From Dipteris shenzhenensis (taxonomy: Eukaryota), in the NCBI GenBank assembly GCA_047967505.1, contig CM106538.1: a DNA stretch of 64,000 nt; one strand, written 5' to 3'. The notes under the pieces are model-generated. The model ran no database searches. It saw only the letters and a list, made by a program, of their open reading frames with translations, and was not told the DNA's origin. Positions 59,518-64,000 of this stretch are shown here, in pieces; positions within the stretch are counted from its first letter, which is position 1, and each line of letters starts with the position of its first letter. The translations under genes and the position numbers were made by a program.

Positions 59518-62500
59518 TGAGAGGGAAAGAATGAGGGAGAAGTACAACAGGGAGAGAGTGAGAGAGAGATGTGACACAAAAGATGCGGGTGTGAAGTGAT
59601 GAGCCACACCACAAACTCATAGGTTTTATTAGGATTAGGTTTTTCACCCTATGACTGTCTTAAGACAGTCATAGGTGTCATATCTTTAATAAAGGGGTGG
59701 CAATGTGCCTTTACCCCAACAACCTCCCACCTAAAGGCCAATGTGCCTAAAGGGGAGAAAAGAATAAAAATTACAGCAATATACAGTTACTGTATACAAG
59801 ACCATAAAATAAGAATGGTCTCATCCTAATCCCATGATGTGGCGGCAATGTGCAAACCGCTCTGTAGGTAAGCTCTTAGTGAGCAAATCTGCAGGATTAT
59901 CATCAGTATGCACCTTCACAAGCTCAAGTCGCTTGTCTTCCAGTACCTCCCTGATGAAATGGTATTTCACATCTATGTGCTTGGTCTTTTGATGAAAGAC
60001 CGGATTCTTTGCCAACATGATAGCACTCTGACTATCACAATGCAAAACTGGCATATCTCCTGTAATGCCCAAATCTCCCACCAGCCGAGTAAGCCATATT
60101 GCTTCCTTGCAAGCCTCAGTGGCTGCAACATATTCAGCTTCAGTAGTTGACAGTGCAACGCATTTCTGCAACCGAGACACCCATGATATAGCACCTCCTG
60201 CAAATGTGAAAATATAACCGGTAGTAGACTTCCGGTTATCTGCATTCCCTGCATAGTCTGAATCTGTAAAACCATGCACCAATGCATCTTGCCTACCATA
60301 GCATATGCACAAGTCTTTGGTACCTTTGAGATACCTCAAGACACCTTTCACTGCTTCCCAGTGCCGCTTGCCTGGATTTGCCATATACCTACTGATGACT
60401 CCCACCGCAAAAGCAATATCCGGACGAGTGGCAACCATGGCATACATCAAAGAACCAACTGCAGATGCATACGGAACCTTGGCCATTTCAGCCTTATCAT
60501 CATTTGATCTGGGGCTGTCCTTACTGTTGAGTTTTAAATGTGGAGGCAACGGGGTACTAATAGACTTCCCCCCCTCCATTTTAAACCTCTGCAGTATTTT
60601 GTCAATGTACTACTCCTGTGACAGAAACAAAAGTCCCTTGGACCTGTCACGAGTAATCCGCATGCCAAGAATATGGTTTGCATCACCCAAGTCTTTCATG
60701 TCAAAAGACTTATGCAGTTGTTTCTTCAAAGCACTAATCTCATGCTGAGATTTACTGGCAATTAGCATGTCATCCACATATAGAATGAGTAGCATCAAAC
60801 TGCCATCCTTTGCCCGTTTGGTGTACAAGCAATGATCGGTCTCACACCTATGATACCCTTGGGACTGCATGAAGGCATCAAACTTCTTGTACCATTCTCT
60901 TGGTGCCTGCTTGAGTCCATACAAGCTTCTCTTGAGCTTACACACAAGCTGCTCTTTCCCTTTAACAGCATATCCCTCTGGCTGACTCATATAGATCTCA
61001 TCATGGAGATCTCCGTGAAGAAAAGCAGTTTTCACATCCATCTGACATAAATCCATGTCCTCATGAGCAACAAGAGCTAACACTGCTCTCAAAGTAGTCA
61101 TCTTGACTACAGGGGAAAAAATCTCATCAAAGTCAATGCCCTTCTCCTGCTTAAATCCCTTGGCAACCAATCTGGCTTTATACCTCGGTAAAGCATTTGA
61201 ATCCACTTTGACTTTGTAAACCCACTTGCATGGCAAAACCTTTCTGCTTGCAGGTAGCTGCACCAAGTCCCATGTATCATTTTGAAGTAAGGAGTCCATT
61301 TCTGACTGCATGGCTTTCTCCCACTTCCTTTTCTCTGTTCTTCCCATAGCTTCCTTGAAGCTGGAAGGCTCACCACAATCTGTCAGCATAATAAAATCAG
61401 CCACATTATTGGCTCCTGGAACAAACCTGTCAGGAGGCCGTTGTACACGGGTGCTCCTCCTAACAAAATGTTCCGGATTAGGCTGCTGTCTAGCCTGTTC
61501 GTCATGCATGACGGGTGGCTGTACCACCATATCTGGCTGTTCTACAGCCCCATTTGCTGGCATATTCAGTGGTGCATCATTGGCAAAATTATCTGGCTGA
61601 TTTTCAGCCTATATACCCTCTTGAACAGGCTGCTGCACATAAATGGGCATTCTTTGCTGTCCGACATCATCATAAATAACCCTCCTGTATTCCACAGGTT
61701 GCACGGGTTCTTTGTGTACACTATCCTCTTTAAAGATGGCATCATTGCTGCGTATAATCTTCCGTTTAATGGGATCCCATAACCTGTACCCCATTTCACC
61801 TTCGTCACCATAACCCATAAAGATGCATTTGGAAGACTTTGGCTCCAGTTTGGTGCGCAGTTCTTTGCGTGTATGAGCAAAGCACTCGCAGCCAAACACA
61901 CGTAAGTGCTTATATGAAGGTGGCTTGCCAGACCACACCTCCTCTGGCACTTTCAACTCCAAAGCCTTGTTCGGCGACGTGTTAATTATGTGAACTGCTG
62001 TTTGCACGGCTTCTGCCCAAAAGCCATGGGGCAATGCAGCATAAGACAACATACATCGAACCTTCTCCTAAATAGTTCGATTCATCCGCTCACTCACACC
62101 ATTTTGAGATGCATTATGAGGGGCTGTGAGTTCCTGTTTAATGCCCTTAGCTTCGCAAAACTGTACAAAAGCATGTGACACATACTCACCCCCATTATCG
62201 GATCTGAGGCATTTCAGCTTGCGACCTGTTCGATTCTCAACCTGAGCGACAAACTTCTTGAAAGCATCTAAGGCATCGCTCTTATGCTTCAAGAAATAGA
62301 CCCACACTTTGCGTGTGGCATCATCAATAATAGTAATGAAATACTTTGCACCCCCTAGTGATAGCTGTGGCATCTCACACAAATCAGTGTGCACTAGATC
62401 AAGCGGTGCTCTATTTTGGGGAGTTCTCCTCTTATGAGGAGTCATAGAATGCTTGCGAAATATGCAATGATCACAAGTAGGCAAATCTGAAAATGAAAGA

Positions 62501-64000
62501 GACGGCAGATAACCTAAACGTGACAGTTCTTGCATTCCTTTAACGGACATGTGTCCCAACCGGCTATGCCACAATGAAACCTTTGGCAGCTCGGTTATGG
62601 CAACAACATGATTACCTACACTGGAAACATAAAGAGGGTACAAGGTATCACTCTTATAACCCTCAGCCACTACAACCTGGCCATCAGTAATCACCCATTT
62701 GGAATCCCGAAATGTGGTGTGGTAACCACTGTCATCCAACAAGGCTGTGCTAATCAGATTTTTCTTGATTTGCGGCACATGGCGAACACCATCAAGCATA
62801 AATATGCGTCCATCAGGGAATACTATCTGTATACTGCCAATCCCTGCAATCTGACATGCATTGTTGTTCCCAAGGTGAACAACTCCATGAGTACCTGTGT
62901 AGGAAGTAAACCACTCCCTATGAGGAGTAACATGAAAAGAAGCACCTGAATCCAAGAGCCAGGTGTGCATGTCATGACCATCAATAACCAAAGTATGTGC
63001 AATTACAGCAGAAGAGCATAAAACATCATGTCTGTCACTGTCACTGTCTCTGCTGCAACATTCACTGCATCCAAGTCATCTATCTACCTTGGCCTTGCCT
63101 TTGCCTTTGCTTCCACTGCCTGCATCCTTTGCCTCAGCCTTCTTGGCTTTCTGATCCCGTATAAACTTGAAGCACTTAGACTTCACATGTCCCTTCTTGC
63201 CATAATAAAAGCATTCAATATCCTTTTTGCCACGGGACTGACTGCGGGATTTGGACTTACTAGCAGATCTCCCCTTCTGCTGAGTCCTGCCTCTTTCCTG
63301 TACCTGCAAAGCATTTGAAGACTTGCTGCCCGCATTATTCTTCCTGCTCATCTCCTCCATAAGGAGAGAGCTCTCTACATCAGCATATATAAGAGTGACA
63401 TTTGAATTAGACAGGGTGGTCTTGAAAGTGTCCCAACTCTCAGGGAGAGTACACAACAAGAAAGTAGCCTTGAACTCCTCATCAAGGTTCAACCCCTGTG
63501 CAATCAGCTGTGTAAAGATGGCATTGAACTCACTCAAGTGTGAGGTCATAGCTGTACCTTTCTTCATGCGAAGATCAACCAGCTTCTTCAACCAATAAAC
63601 CTTACTGGCTCAACTCTTTTGGGCATACGATTCTGCTAGCCTCTGCCATAGGCCATAAGAGGTCTTTTCAGCGTGAACATTGAACACAAGAGAATCACTG
63701 AGAGTAAGCATGATAGCAGCCCTCGCGGACAAATCTAGCTCCTCCCACTCATCATCTGACATCCCAAATGGCTTGACACCCTTCACCCTTATGGGCTTAG
63801 AAATCTTCTTAAGCAGAAGTACATTCAAACACTGTTCTGCCCATAATGCATAATTGTGTGCCCCTTCCAATTTCTTTATGTTCAGAATTGAAGATTCACT
63901 TCCCCTTGATGCCATATCAGATAAGGAAAGTACGTGACTCCCTGTAAGTCAAAAAAGACTGAATAAAATTCTGATTTCTCAAGAAAAAACCTGCTCTATC
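59518..64000 (-). mobile_element. Ty1/Copia D, same family as Copia C, inverted; partial 3' LTR at 59518-59721; continues beyond the window
   Basis: Near-identical reverse complement of 46498-50609. Gag starts MASRGSESS at 63915. Contains stops and frameshifts. Confidence 0.93.

Overview
Eukaryotic (land-plant-type) genomic DNA. The first ~4.2 kb hold eight GT-AG exons of a + strand host gene that splice in frame into a CobB/CbiA (cobyrinate a,c-diamide synthase)-type glutamine amidotransferase domain, a long Ala/Ser-rich linker and a BtuF/TroA-like (cobalamin/Fe-siderophore) solute-binding domain. A ninth in-phase exon lies at 37442-37549, after a 33,252-bp intron. The gene's 5' and 3' ends are not visible in the window. 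The GATase nucleophile position reads Ser rather than Cys (YGESGGLMYL). Almost everything else is intronic retroelement DNA: four RTE-clade LINE pieces; two L1/Tx1-type LINEs with target-site duplications (TSDs); a chimeric Ty1/Copia with a nested L1 and a solo LTR; an RT-deleted chromovirus Gypsy hosting a young chromovirus with an extra upstream ORF; and two near-identical Copia copies in inverted orientation. All family assignments come from motif recognition by eye; no database searches were run.
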